Below, in pieces: positions 48,549 through 58,864 of a stretch of 64,000 nt of DNA. Location: the NCBI GenBank assembly GCA_964436545.1, contig CAYTCJ010000001.1, positions 14,392 to 78,391 on the forward strand, given 5' to 3'. The first letter of the stretch is position 1; every line of letters starts with the position of its first letter. A program made the position numbers and the translations under genes. Under the pieces are notes generated by a model. The model saw only the letters and a program-made list of their open reading frames with translations. It did not search any database and was not told the DNA's origin. The stretch is from an uncultured Candidatus Saccharibacteria bacterium (lineage in GTDB: Bacteria > Patescibacteriota > Doudnabacteria > UBA920).

Positions 48549-48640
48549 GTCCACTGATCACCGATACCGCAGATAACACAGATTTAAAACCAATTTACTT
48601 TCAATAGTAAACCTGCCATAATATTGGCAGGTTTTAAATT

Positions 48641-49006
48641 ATGACTAAAGACGAATTTGAAAATTTAATTACCGATGCGGTTAATGCGCTCCCAAAAACC
48701 ATTCAAGATAAATTGAATAATGTGGAAATTGTTTTGGAAGAGGGTGAGTCGCCGAATAACAGTTTGTTTGGTTTGTATCACGGGGTGTCGCAAATTGCCC
48801 GCGGTTCGGCTTATGGAAGTAGCCCGACTTTGCCGGATAAAATTACCTTGTGGCAGGGAACGATTGAAAAGTTTGCAGGTGAGACATCTAAAATTCCCAG
48901 TTTAGTGAGGCGCGTGGTGTGGCATGAAATTGGTCACCATTTTGGTTTTAATGAGGAAGAAATTAGAAAATTGGAAAAGAAATGGGAAGCCGAGGGGAAG
49001 GTATAG
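48641..49006 (+). CDS. zincin-like small metallopeptidase-fold protein (HExxH: VVWHEIGHHFGF)
   Basis: single HExxH motif near C-terminus; family assignment tentative. Confidence 0.45.
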   Translation: MTKDEFENLITDAVNALPKTIQDKLNNVEIVLEEGESPNNSLFGLYHGVSQIARGSAYGSSPTLPDKITLWQGTIEKFAGETSKIPSLVRRVVWHEIGHHFGFNEEEIRKLEKKWEAEGKV

Positions 49007-49087
49007 ACCACAGATACATTGAGGCATGCAGATTACAGATAAACTGATTAGCTCAGCATTGACAGGTTAATCAATAAGGTGTAAAAT

Positions 49088-49486
49088 TTGGAGTTAATTG
49101 TTAATTTATGGTATAATATTTATATGGTAGATATAACTCAATATCCAAAGAGACCTGAGCAACCTCGTCGTTTAGAAGTGGAAGCTTTAGGTACAAAGAG
49201 TTCACCAGAAGTAGATAATAGAACAGGGGAAGAATTAGCAGGTGGAGCTAGAACTGAGGTTGCTAAAGCCATTTCTGAACAGGTGGCTCAAATTGAGGCT
49301 GGAGAGGCGCCGGCTGTTGACCCGAATATTTTGAAGGGAGCAAAACAAGAGGCCCAAGATCCAAACGCGCATGTAGATAATTTACAAAGATTTCTAAGTG
49401 CATTAAATAGTGGCGAAGCATTCGATCCAGCAGAACTAACAGATAATGTTTTAAGTCCAGAAAGAGACAAAGCCGGACTGAATTAG
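49088..49486 (+). CDS. hypothetical acidic, low-complexity protein (likely start Met 49124)
   Basis: ORF only. Confidence 0.35.
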   Translation: MELIVNLWYNIYMVDITQYPKRPEQPRRLEVEALGTKSSPEVDNRTGEELAGGARTEVAKAISEQVAQIEAGEAPAVDPNILKGAKQEAQDPNAHVDNLQRFLSALNSGEAFDPAELTDNVLSPERDKAGLN

Positions 49487-49531
49487 AAATAAAATTTTAA
49501 ATTTTTTTGATTAGTAAAAAACAAAAATAAA

Positions 49532-52084
49532 ATGCTCTTGGGTTTCGATGCAGTACAAATTGCCTTTTTAATTTTAGTTGCCCTAGTTATTGTTTTTGGC
49601 TGGGTGTTTTTTTATTTTTTTAAAAAACACGTTTATCATAAAGGGCATGTAGTGCCTCGCACGCTGGATTGGGTATTTTTGGAAATTCAAATGCCCAAAG
49701 AAAATAGTGAAGATAAAGACCAACAGCGAACTAAAAGTGAAGAAGAAAAAAAAGCCCTCATTGCTGTTGGTGAACAACTATTTACGACGCTATCGGAAAG
49801 CGGACACAGTAAGGGGTGGCTCAAGGGTAAGGATTATTATAGTTTTGAAATTGCCTGTACTGATAAGAAAATTTCTTTCTACATTAATTGTCCGAAACAT
49901 TTACAGCAATTGGTGGAAAAACAACTCCAAGCCCAGTATCCTCATGCGTTTGTGGAGCAGGTGAAGGGGTATAATCCGTTTCAAAAAGGTTCAGAGGTGG
50001 AAGCCAAGGAATTACAATTAAATAAAAAATATGTTTACCCGTTTCGCACTTATAAGAACACCGAAACCGATCCGTTAAACGCGCTTACCAATGCCATGAG
50101 TAAACTTCAGGAAGGTGAGGGTGTGGCGATTCAGTATGTTATTAGTCCGGCAGGCACAGCTTGGCAATCTACCCCTCGGCATATGGCTTTGGAAGTCCAG
50201 CAAGGCAAGAATCCGGAGTTAATTGAACGGGGACATATTTACAAAGTGTTTATTGGGTTTCGACGCTTTTTAGCCAGTGTTTTAACCGGCACTACCGGTC
50301 AGCAAAGCCAAGGTTCGCATGTGCATAAAGATTTAAGCGGTTACGGGGCGCCAATTCAACTTACCCCCATGCAACAGGAAATTGTTAAACGGCTCGAAGA
50401 AAAGGCCAGCCGACCGGGTTATAAAATGAACATTCGTTTGGTGACTTCTTCGGTAATTCCGGGAAATGCCAAAATGCATATGCATAATTTGGTTTCCAGT
50501 TTTTTGCAATATAATTTTCCGCCCTTTAACGGTTTAAGGGAAAAACGAAGAAACAAGAATGAAGTGTTGATTGATTACATTTTTCGGGTATTTAGAGATT
50601 ATGGTAAAACCAATATTATTAATACCGAAGAGATGTGCTCGTTGTGGCATTTGCCCACGCCGTTTATTGAGACACCGAATATTAAATGGTTAATTTCCAA
50701 AAAAGCTCCTCCGCCCATTAATGTGCATCAGGCAGGTTTGTTGATTGGTAAAAATATTTATCGGAACGTGGAAACTCCCATTTATATGGGCCGGGAAGAC
50801 AGACGCCGACATACTTATATTTTGGGCAGAACCGGAAGCGGTAAGTCCGTGCTGTTGTCCAACATGGCCATTCAGGATATTAAAAACGGCGAAGGTTTAT
50901 GTGTAATTGATCCGCACGGCGATTTGATTCAAGATATTTTATTAAATTGTCCCAAAGAACGAGCCGAAGACATTATTGTTTTAGAACCGTTCGATATGGA
51001 GCGTCCGATTGGTTTAAATATGCTGGAAGTGGACAGCGAAGAACAAAAAGATTTTGCCGTGCAGGAAATGATTTCGATTTTTTATAAATTGGTTACCGAT
51101 CCGGCCATGCTGGGGCCCATGTTTGAACATAATATGCGTAATGCCATGTTGACTTTAATGGCCGACGAAGAACATCCGGGTACCATAACCGATGTGCCGA
51201 GGATTTTTACCGATACCGAATTTCAACGTTATAAATTATCTAAAGTGAAAGATCACGTAGTGAGATTATTCTGGGAAAAAGAAATGGCGAAAACCTCGGA
51301 TTTTCACAAATCGGAAATGTTGGGGTATTTGATTTCCAAGGTGGGTCGGTTTGTGGAAAATACCATGATGCGCAATATTGTCGGGCAATCCAAGAGTGGT
51401 TTTAATTTTAGAAAAGTGATGGATGAAGGCAAAGTGTTATTGGTAAATTTATCCAAAGGCCGAACCGGTGAAATTAATGCCAAGTTATTGGGGTTAATTC
51501 TTGTTTCTAAAATTCAAATGGCAGCATTATCTCGAGCGGATATACCGGAAGAAAAACGTCGCGACTTTTATTTGTATGTAGATGAGTTCCAAAATTTTAT
51601 TACCGATGCGTTTTCCTCAATTTTATCGGAAGCGAGAAAATATAAGTTAAATTTAATTATCGCACACCAGTATTTGGGACAGTTAGAAACTCAGGCCGGG
51701 GCTCAAGGGGCTGGCAGTAAAGATTTACGCGATGCGGTATTTGGCAACGTGGGGACTATGGTGGTGTTTAGAACCGGAGCGGAAGATAGCGAAGTTTTAG
51801 GCAAGGAATTTAGCCCGACTTTTAACCAGTTTGATTTGGTAAACATAGACAGGTATAATGCTTATGTAAAACTCATGGTCAATGGCACAGCCAGTAAGCC
51901 GTTTAATATGGCGACAATGCCTCCGCGTAAAGAAGGCACGGAAGAAGTCGCCAATGCCATCCGCCAATTGTCTCGTTTAAAATATGGACGAGCCAGAGCC
52001 GAAGTGGAAGCTGAGCTTTTGGAAGCCGGACAAGTGGCAGAGAGTATGGCCGAAGCCTTGCCGGCCATTGAACGAGGTTTGTAA
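49532..52084 (+). CDS. membrane-anchored TraG/TraD/VirD4-like (type IV coupling protein family) P-loop ATPase, 850 aa
   Basis: N-terminal TM; Walker A LGRTGSGKS; Walker B YVDEFQNF; IIAHQYLGQL...FGNVGT motif typical of TraG/VirD4 family. Confidence 0.65.
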   Translation: MLLGFDAVQIAFLILVALVIVFGWVFFYFFKKHVYHKGHVVPRTLDWVFLEIQMPKENSEDKDQQRTKSEEEKKALIAVGEQLFTTLSESGHSKGWLKGKDYYSFEIACTDKKISFYINCPKHLQQLVEKQLQAQYPHAFVEQVKGYNPFQKGSEVEAKELQLNKKYVYPFRTYKNTETDPLNALTNAMSKLQEGEGVAIQYVISPAGTAWQSTPRHMALEVQQGKNPELIERGHIYKVFIGFRRFLASVLTGTTGQQSQGSHVHKDLSGYGAPIQLTPMQQEIVKRLEEKASRPGYKMNIRLVTSSVIPGNAKMHMHNLVSSFLQYNFPPFNGLREKRRNKNEVLIDYIFRVFRDYGKTNIINTEEMCSLWHLPTPFIETPNIKWLISKKAPPPINVHQAGLLIGKNIYRNVETPIYMGREDRRRHTYILGRTGSGKSVLLSNMAIQDIKNGEGLCVIDPHGDLIQDILLNCPKERAEDIIVLEPFDMERPIGLNMLEVDSEEQKDFAVQEMISIFYKLVTDPAMLGPMFEHNMRNAMLTLMADEEHPGTITDVPRIFTDTEFQRYKLSKVKDHVVRLFWEKEMAKTSDFHKSEMLGYLISKVGRFVENTMMRNIVGQSKSGFNFRKVMDEGKVLLVNLSKGRTGEINAKLLGLILVSKIQMAALSRADIPEEKRRDFYLYVDEFQNFITDAFSSILSEARKYKLNLIIAHQYLGQLETQAGAQGAGSKDLRDAVFGNVGTMVVFRTGAEDSEVLGKEFSPTFNQFDLVNIDRYNAYVKLMVNGTASKPFNMATMPPRKEGTEEVANAIRQLSRLKYGRARAEVEAELLEAGQVAESMAEALPAIERGL

Positions 52085-52112
52085 AATTTCTAATTCCTAA
52101 TTTTAATCAATA

Positions 52113-52346
52113 ATGGCAGAAGAAAATTATATTAGCATTTTAGGTAAGTTTTTAAGTAATCTGTTACAGAATGGTAAAATTAGCATTAAAGATTCGGTAA
52201 TTATTATGAAGGCCTTTGAGCCGGTGTGTACGAATATAAAAACTCGGCAAGATTTAATTCAGTTTTTAGATAAGTATGTGGGGTATTATTGGGAATTAAA
52301 AACATTAAAAAGTCAGTTATTAGATTCACATCATAAATTTGATTAA
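52113..52346 (+). CDS. hypothetical protein (77 aa)
   Basis: ORF only. Confidence 0.35.
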   Translation: MAEENYISILGKFLSNLLQNGKISIKDSVIIMKAFEPVCTNIKTRQDLIQFLDKYVGYYWELKTLKSQLLDSHHKFD

Positions 52347-52354
52347 ATAACTTT

Positions 52355-52645
52355 ATGTCAGGACATGGACATGGACATGGGCACGAATCACATGGGGGCG
52401 GGCACGAGTCACACGGTGGCGGTGGGGGTGGTGGTAAAGGGTACTTAGGGAAGTTTTTTAAGGAATTTTCCCCTTTATTTTTAGCCGGCACCATGTTGTT
52501 TAATATGTTTGACCAAAAAGGGGTGGTGGAGTTTGTAAACCACTTTTCTAATCCGGCTGTGGAATTTTTTAGCGCTCCCTTTGTTAAAGGGGGTGGTGGG
52601 GGCGGGGGGCATGGCGGTGGGGGCGGGCACGGGGGACATCATTAA
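52355..52645 (+). CDS. His/Gly-rich small protein (HGHGHGHESHGGGHESHGG... ...GGGGGHGGHH); putative metal-binding
   Basis: low-complexity termini around a hydrophobic core; opposite-strand Pro/Cys ORF considered an artefact. Confidence 0.4.
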   Translation: MSGHGHGHGHESHGGGHESHGGGGGGGKGYLGKFFKEFSPLFLAGTMLFNMFDQKGVVEFVNHFSNPAVEFFSAPFVKGGGGGGGHGGGGGHGGHH

Positions 52646-52733
52646 TTTGCTTTTATTAAATAAATCGTTTATAATAGTTATGTTTTAAACGATAGTTTAG
52701 AAACAAAAAGAAGTATTTAATCAAAATAAAAAT

Positions 52734-53351
52734 ATGGACAATCATTCAAATTTGGCGTTAATCGCCCAAATGATAGATTCGGCGGAAAAGAATATTCAAA
52801 CCGCCAAACAGTTGTTAAGAGAAATGCTGGGCGGGTTGCCGGTTAAAGGCAGTGTGGGGGCTTCGGAAAAAATGCAAAGCTTTGTAGTTTCCGAAGGCGG
52901 AAAAATTATTGAAGGCAGTTTTGACGGGCAAAATATGTCCGGGCCGGATGGTAAGCAATATCCGGTGCCGGCTAACTATGCTTCTAAATCAAAGCTTGTG
53001 GTGGGCGATATTTTAAAGTTAACCATTGCCGAAGACGGCTCCTTTATTTATAAACAAATTGGTCCGGTGGAAAGAAGAAAGGCTTTGGGCATATTAATGG
53101 TAGATGAACGAGGTGATTTTAGAGTCCTCGCAGAAGGTAAGTCCTTTAGAGTGCTTACCGCGTCTTTAACTTACTTTAAGTCCGAACCTGGCGATGAAGT
53201 AACCATTGTTTTACCGGCCACCGGTGACGTAGAGTGGGCAGCCGTGGAAAATGTCATTAAAAAAGGTTCGGGTGGAGCGGTGGTGGATCAGGAAATGTCC
53301 GAGGCTTCGCCTAAAAAGAAACTCAAACTGGATGATGATGAAGAGCTTTAG
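52734..53351 (+). CDS. hypothetical protein (205 aa), acidic C-terminus
   Basis: ORF only. Confidence 0.4.
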   Translation: MDNHSNLALIAQMIDSAEKNIQTAKQLLREMLGGLPVKGSVGASEKMQSFVVSEGGKIIEGSFDGQNMSGPDGKQYPVPANYASKSKLVVGDILKLTIAEDGSFIYKQIGPVERRKALGILMVDERGDFRVLAEGKSFRVLTASLTYFKSEPGDEVTIVLPATGDVEWAAVENVIKKGSGGAVVDQEMSEASPKKKLKLDDDEEL

Positions 53352-53420
53352 TCCACAGATGCACAGATAGCACGGATGGCACCGATTAATATTTGATCTT
53401 CTATAATATGGATCAAAAAT

Positions 53421-54122
53421 ATGGATAAAACTCCATCAGGAACTAATATATCACTAACACAAAAAATCACCGGAATTTTGCAAAGTCAGCCGGTGATTTT
53501 GCAATTTTTTAAGTTTGCCGGCATTGGATTTTTAACCACAGCATTTGATTTTTTATTGTTTAATATTCTCTCCAAGGTTTTGCACATTAGTGCGGGTATG
53601 CCTCTGGCAATAGTTAATATTTTTACTTTTATTTTGGCTTTAGCGCATAGCTTTATTTGGAACGCGAATTGGACTTTTAACAGCCATCAGGCAATTTCTG
53701 AATTAAAGATTTTTGCCCAATCCATCATAATTGGCACAATTGGAGTGGTGGGAGTTTTATTGTCCGTAGTAGGGGGAAAAGTTATGGCGAATTATACTTA
53801 TTATGTAATTATTTTATTGGTGTTGATATGTATGGAAGTGGTGTTGTGGAAGAGTTTTGCCTTAGTCTGGTTTGCGGATAAGACGAAGATGTTTCCCAAA
53901 ACCATTTTAACTTTTATTTTAGTGAGCGTGATTGGCGCGAGTATTAACAGTGGTTTGGTGGGGGCAGTTACCAAATATTATCCGCTTACCGATAATGTGG
54001 ATTTCAACAAAAATTTAGCCAAAGTGTTCGCTAATGCGATTTCTTTAATTTGGAATTTTGTGGGGTATAGGATATTGGTGTTTAAGAAACAACCGCAAGT
54101 GAGTTTGACAAAATTTAAGTGA
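53421..54122 (+). CDS. GtrA-like membrane protein (polysaccharide synthesis flippase-associated family), possibly duplicated domain
   Basis: FFKFAGIGFLTTAFDFLLFNIL and NFVGYRILVFK motifs. Confidence 0.6.
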   Translation: MDKTPSGTNISLTQKITGILQSQPVILQFFKFAGIGFLTTAFDFLLFNILSKVLHISAGMPLAIVNIFTFILALAHSFIWNANWTFNSHQAISELKIFAQSIIIGTIGVVGVLLSVVGGKVMANYTYYVIILLVLICMEVVLWKSFALVWFADKTKMFPKTILTFILVSVIGASINSGLVGAVTKYYPLTDNVDFNKNLAKVFANAISLIWNFVGYRILVFKKQPQVSLTKFK

Positions 54123-54367
54123 TAGCTTATCATAAACTTATGAGTAAAGCAGTAATTAAATTTACAGTTTCCGCTTGGTGGACTTTGCAAATATTCGCAA
54201 AGTCTGTGGTTTAATTTGTCTTTTTCCTTTTTAACCACCTTCTTTGCGAAGGTGGTTTTGTTTTGGCCGGATTCATATCGGTTGTTTGATATGAACAGCA
54301 TCCAGCGCAAAACTACAATGCAGGCGGTAAGTGCGCTTGGGTACTCGCTTGCAAAGAGAGAGGAAAA

Positions 54368-54643
54368 ATGTTTGAGAAAGTGTCCGAAGTGTTGGCGTCA
54401 CTGTGTGTTGACGGGGCCGTTCTGGGATCGGCTACTGTTGAGGTAACACTTAAACGTGGAAGCGTGAGCGTGGCTCACCTTGACATAAGGGTTGAGGCAG
54501 ACGGGAGCTGTAGGATCACCAGTGCATTGGTCGATGAGCAGTTCCACCCAGCGATCAAGGAGACGCTGGAAATGCACAAACCGGATTATGTACAAGTTTC
54601 CGACTTCAGTGTCACGGGGCGTGGACTCTGGGACTTCGATTGA
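54368..54643 (+). CDS. hypothetical protein (91 aa) in a GC-rich island, flanked by two hairpin terminators (54228-54255, 54655-54695)
   Basis: GC well above genome average; own terminator. Confidence 0.35.
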   Translation: MFEKVSEVLASLCVDGAVLGSATVEVTLKRGSVSVAHLDIRVEADGSCRITSALVDEQFHPAIKETLEMHKPDYVQVSDFSVTGRGLWDFD

Positions 54644-54772
54644 TATTCATCACGGAGGGTGTGGTTGGCATAAAAACCTACCACACCCAATAAGTTTATT
54701 AACGGAGTAAACCCTAAATTACTAAGTATTTGCAGACTTTTTTTGTTTAAAAAAAAATGGTAATATGTATTT

Positions 54773-56422
54773 ATGTCCGTTTTATATAGAAAATATCGAC
54801 CACAAGTTTTTGCTGAAGTAGTTGGGCAACAGCCAATTATTACCACTTTGCAAAACCAAATTACCACGGGGCGAATTGCCCACGCTTTTTTATTTGTAGG
54901 AAGTCGGGGAATTGGCAAGACTTCCGTAGCTCGCATTTTAGCTAAGGCAATAAATTGTCAATCAGTAAATCAGTCAATCAGTAAATCTGCTAATCAGGAA
55001 CCCTCTTTGTCCCTTAATAGTTCGGGACATCTCCCCCTGTCTGCCGACAAGGCAGGCCCAGAGGGGGAGAAAAATATTGTACAGGCTTTGCCTGATGCCT
55101 TAGGTGAGGCGTGCGGTAAGTGCGAAGTATGCAAAGCAATTGAGCAAGGTAATTTTATCGATTTAGTAGAAATCGATGCCGCTTCCAATACCGGAGTGGA
55201 TAATATTCGTGAATTAATTGAGCACACTAAATTTGCTCCGGCAAAAGCCAAATATAAGGTGTTTATAATTGACGAAGCCCATATGCTGTCTAAGGGCGCT
55301 TTTAATGCTTTGCTAAAAACTTTAGAAGAGCCACCGAGTCATGCCGTATTTATTTTAGCCACAACTGAAGTGGGTAAAGTGCCACCTACCATTATTTCTC
55401 GGACGCAAAGGTTGGATTTCAAGCGCGTTTCCATTGAAGTAATTGAAGCCTATTTGCGTAAAATTTTAGCTTGGGAAACCGCTCAAGTAGATGAGCAAAT
55501 CATTAAGTTAATTGCCGTGAATGCCGAAGGGGGGATGCGAGATGCTTTGTCTTTGTTAGACAAGGTCTTAAGTTTAGGGGCGCAGGCCGAGCTGGAGTCG
55601 GTTTTAAGACTTTTGGGCATAACCAATATTTCCAAAATGGAAAAGTTAGCCGAATTAATTTTTACTCACCAATCTCGCTTAATTCCGACGTTCTTAAAAG
55701 ATTTATACGAAGAAGGAGTAGATTTTATTGCCTTTAATAAGGACTTTTTAGAATATTTAAGAAAATTGTTGATTGTCAAAATATATGAATCCAGTCCGGA
55801 TTGGGGACTGACTCCGGCTCAAATTACTACTTTAGAGACAGTAAGCCATGCTCAAACCGAAGCCAAACTCATTAACACGATTAGATTATTTTTGCGTTCA
55901 TTAAAGGAACAAAATTCCGCGCCGAGTGTGGATTTGCCCGTATTATTAGCCAGCGTAGAAGCATCCTTTAGCCCAACTGCGGGATTGGGAGAAGTAAAAA
56001 AAAAGTCCAGTTTAAGTGAAGCTCCGGTCGTGGCATCTAAGGCTGGCGAAATAACTAGTCCCAGTTTACAGCCAGCGGTTAATTTGGCAGACAGCATAAC
56101 TTTAGAACAAGTTGAAGAAAAATGGACTGCATTTGTACAAGCGATTAAAGCTTTTAACGGACCTTTGGCCAATTTATTACGCACCGCGCAAATTTTTCAA
56201 GTTAAAGTGAGTAAGGTTTTTATTCTGGTTAAATACCAATTTCATAAGCAAAATTTGGAACAAGCCAAAAATAGTGATTTAACCGCTAAGGTGTTAAACG
56301 AGATTTACCATCTGCCTTTGGAATTGATTGTGGTAGTTAAGGAAGAAGCAGAAGATCAAGCGCCCACTAAGGTGGATGTAAGCTCGGCTTTGCAAGTTTT
56401 TGGGGGAGAAGTGATTGAGTAA
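54773..56422 (+). CDS. dnaX: DNA polymerase III subunit gamma/tau with in-frame repeat/palindrome insertion
   Basis: AAA+ GSRGIGKTS, clamp-loader motifs; insertion 54958-55070 encodes SVNQSISKSANQ...PLSADKAGPEGEK. Confidence 0.9.
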   Translation: MSVLYRKYRPQVFAEVVGQQPIITTLQNQITTGRIAHAFLFVGSRGIGKTSVARILAKAINCQSVNQSISKSANQEPSLSLNSSGHLPLSADKAGPEGEKNIVQALPDALGEACGKCEVCKAIEQGNFIDLVEIDAASNTGVDNIRELIEHTKFAPAKAKYKVFIIDEAHMLSKGAFNALLKTLEEPPSHAVFILATTEVGKVPPTIISRTQRLDFKRVSIEVIEAYLRKILAWETAQVDEQIIKLIAVNAEGGMRDALSLLDKVLSLGAQAELESVLRLLGITNISKMEKLAELIFTHQSRLIPTFLKDLYEEGVDFIAFNKDFLEYLRKLLIVKIYESSPDWGLTPAQITTLETVSHAQTEAKLINTIRLFLRSLKEQNSAPSVDLPVLLASVEASFSPTAGLGEVKKKSSLSEAPVVASKAGEITSPSLQPAVNLADSITLEQVEEKWTAFVQAIKAFNGPLANLLRTAQIFQVKVSKVFILVKYQFHKQNLEQAKNSDLTAKVLNEIYHLPLELIVVVKEEAEDQAPTKVDVSSALQVFGGEVIE

Positions 56423-56556
56423 GTCCCCATTTTTTTTGGCAAAAGGGCAGTTTTTTGGTATAATTTAGGACATACACATTCCCATTTTTGGCAATTCAAA
56501 ATGGAGTTTAAAAACTAAAAGAGCTATTTTTTAAACAAAATCTATTAAGTAATTCT

Positions 56557-57840
56557 ATGTTAGAAAATAAAAATCCAGACTCTAAAGAATTATTAACTCA
56601 AGATATGCTTAAGCATAGTTGGGTAGATTATCATCAACACTGGACCAGATATATTTGGCCTATAGTTTTAATTAGTTTGGCAGGTGGATTTTTTGGCGGA
56701 TTAATCAGCTTATATGGCATAAAACATAACCGTTTTTTAAACGAGTATTTTTTGGCGTCTAACTCAGTTTTGTCAAAGGAACCTCAAAATCGGACTGTGG
56801 TATTGGCTGAAGACTCCTCGGTGATAGATGTGGTTAAACAGGCCAGTCCAGCCGTGGTTTCTATTGTGGTAACTAAAGACATAAGCAAGTTAAGGCAATT
56901 TGGGTTTAATCCTTTTGAAGATGATTTTTTTGATCTGTTTGGAAGCACGCAAAAGCCCAAAAGTAATGTGCCGGATATTCGACAAGTGGGCGCGGGGAGT
57001 GGGTTTTTTGTCAGTGCCGATGGTTTAATTTTAACTAATAAGCATGTTGTAGCGGATAGTCAGGCCTCTTATACTGTAATTACCAATGACGGTAAAGAGT
57101 ACGAAGCTAAAATTTTAACCACAGATTCCAGAAATGATTTAGCCATCATTAAAATTGAAATCGCAAAAAGTAATTTTTTAGAGTTTGCGCCTGCCGATAA
57201 TTTAACCGTGGGACAAAGAGTAATTGCCATTGGCAATTCTTTGGGGCAGTATCAGAATACTGTGACTACCGGAGTGATTTCGGGGATTGGGAGAAGTATT
57301 ATTGCCGGTTCCAGCGAGGGTACCGAACAACTAGAAGGGGTAATTCAAACTGACGCAGCCATTAACCCGGGTAATAGCGGTGGTCCGTTATTAAATTCCT
57401 TAGGTCAGGTGGTGGGGATTAATACCGCGGTGGATAATCAGGGGCAGTTAGTCGGGTTTGCCATTCCCGGACAAGATGCGAAAAAAGCTTTAGAAAGTTA
57501 TAAAAAATCAGGAAAAATTTCTCGCCCCTTTATTGGCGTAAGGTATATTATGTTATCGAAAGCTTTGGCGGAAAAAGAGCAATTGCCGAAAGATTATGGC
57601 GCGTTATTAATTAGGGGCGATAGCACAACCGATTTTGCCGTGGTGCCCGGCAGTCCGGCCGATAAAGCCGGCTTAAAGGAAAATGATATTATTTTAGAAA
57701 TTAATGGGGTAGAGTTAAAAAAAGAAAAGACTTTAGCCCAGGAGTTAAAGAAGTATGATGTAAATGCTGTTTTGAATTTAAAAATTTATAGTGGGGGGAA
57801 TGAGAGAATAGTAAGAGTGACTTTAGTAGAAGGTAAGTAA
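56557..57840 (+). CDS. htrA: HtrA/DegP family serine protease with PDZ domain
   Basis: GNSGGPLLN catalytic Ser region, N-terminal TM. Confidence 0.85.
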   Translation: MLENKNPDSKELLTQDMLKHSWVDYHQHWTRYIWPIVLISLAGGFFGGLISLYGIKHNRFLNEYFLASNSVLSKEPQNRTVVLAEDSSVIDVVKQASPAVVSIVVTKDISKLRQFGFNPFEDDFFDLFGSTQKPKSNVPDIRQVGAGSGFFVSADGLILTNKHVVADSQASYTVITNDGKEYEAKILTTDSRNDLAIIKIEIAKSNFLEFAPADNLTVGQRVIAIGNSLGQYQNTVTTGVISGIGRSIIAGSSEGTEQLEGVIQTDAAINPGNSGGPLLNSLGQVVGINTAVDNQGQLVGFAIPGQDAKKALESYKKSGKISRPFIGVRYIMLSKALAEKEQLPKDYGALLIRGDSTTDFAVVPGSPADKAGLKENDIILEINGVELKKEKTLAQELKKYDVNAVLNLKIYSGGNERIVRVTLVEGK

Positions 57841-57850
57841 TGATTAGAAT

Positions 57851-58237
57851 ATGAAAATATTAGGAATAGATTATGGTGAAAAGCGGATAGGTTTGGCCAT
57901 TAGTGATGAGTCCCAAACAGTTGCATTTGAATTGGATATTTTATCACCAAAAGAATTCTTTAATCAGATTCATCAGCTCATAAACAGTCAGCAAATCAGC
58001 AAGATAATTTTGGGATGGCCACTGAATATGAGCGGAGAAGAAACAAAAAAAACTAGAGAAGTAGAAAATTTTAAATTTAAAATTAAAAAAAAAACTGGCT
58101 TGCCTGTGGAAATTATTGACGAACGTCTTTCATCGCAAATGGCAGAGCACCTAAGCCACAGTAAAAAAAATTTAGACAGTCTGGCGGCTCAAATACTTTT
58201 GCAAAATTATTTAAATAAAAATTATGAAAAAAAATAA
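57851..58237 (+). CDS. ruvX: YqgF/RuvX Holliday-junction-resolvase-like nuclease
   Basis: MKILGIDYGEKRIGLAISDE. Confidence 0.8.
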   Translation: MKILGIDYGEKRIGLAISDESQTVAFELDILSPKEFFNQIHQLINSQQISKIILGWPLNMSGEETKKTREVENFKFKIKKKTGLPVEIIDERLSSQMAEHLSHSKKNLDSLAAQILLQNYLNKNYEKK

Positions 58238-58796
58238 TTTTTTTAGTTTCAGGCAAAATTTAACTATAAATTTACATGGCAAGCAAGGGTTTACGCTTAT
58301 AGAGCTTTTAGTCGTGATTGCCATTATTGGTTTGTTAGCCTCAGTGGTTTTGGTTAGTTTGAATTCTGCCAGAGCTAAGGCGAGAGATACTAAAAGAAAG
58401 GCGGATTTAGCTCAAATTAGTAAGGCTTTGGAATTATATTACGACAAATATGGCACTTACATTACGGCTGGAGGTGGTTGGCGATCAACTCCTTCTAATC
58501 CGGCTACGGCTTGTGGTTGCGGGTGGCTCGGGTATCAAGATACCGGAAACTATACCTTGGCAGTAACCGCAGTATTAAAGAATGAGGGTTTTTTAAGTCA
58601 AAGTTTAATTGATGATCCCAAAGGTCCTAATCCGAGTTATATGATTTATACTTGTGGAGGTGCGGGAAATGCTCAGAGGTATAATTTATATGCTACGTTG
58701 GAAAATCCAACTACAGCGGAAACATTAGCTATTGATAGCAGTTGTGTGCCAACGCTTGATACTGATTATGGTAAAAATTATGTAATCGGAAATTAA
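58224..58796 (+). CDS. type IV pilin / pseudopilin (prepilin-type N-terminal cleavage/methylation domain)
   Basis: KQGFTLIELLVVIAIIGLLAS. Confidence 0.8.
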   Translation: MKKNNFFSFRQNLTINLHGKQGFTLIELLVVIAIIGLLASVVLVSLNSARAKARDTKRKADLAQISKALELYYDKYGTYITAGGGWRSTPSNPATACGCGWLGYQDTGNYTLAVTAVLKNEGFLSQSLIDDPKGPNPSYMIYTCGGAGNAQRYNLYATLENPTTAETLAIDSSCVPTLDTDYGKNYVIGN

Positions 58797-58864
58797 ATTT
58801 ACTAATTTCTAATTTTTGGTTCGCAAAGTTTTTTAGTAATAGTTGAGCTTTACCTGTTAATTTT

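Noticed and set aside
52204-52494. Minus-strand Pro/Cys-rich 96-aa ORF
   Set aside because: Antisense artefact of the His/Gly-rich gene (GGN/CAY repeats). All neighbouring genes are on the plus strand.
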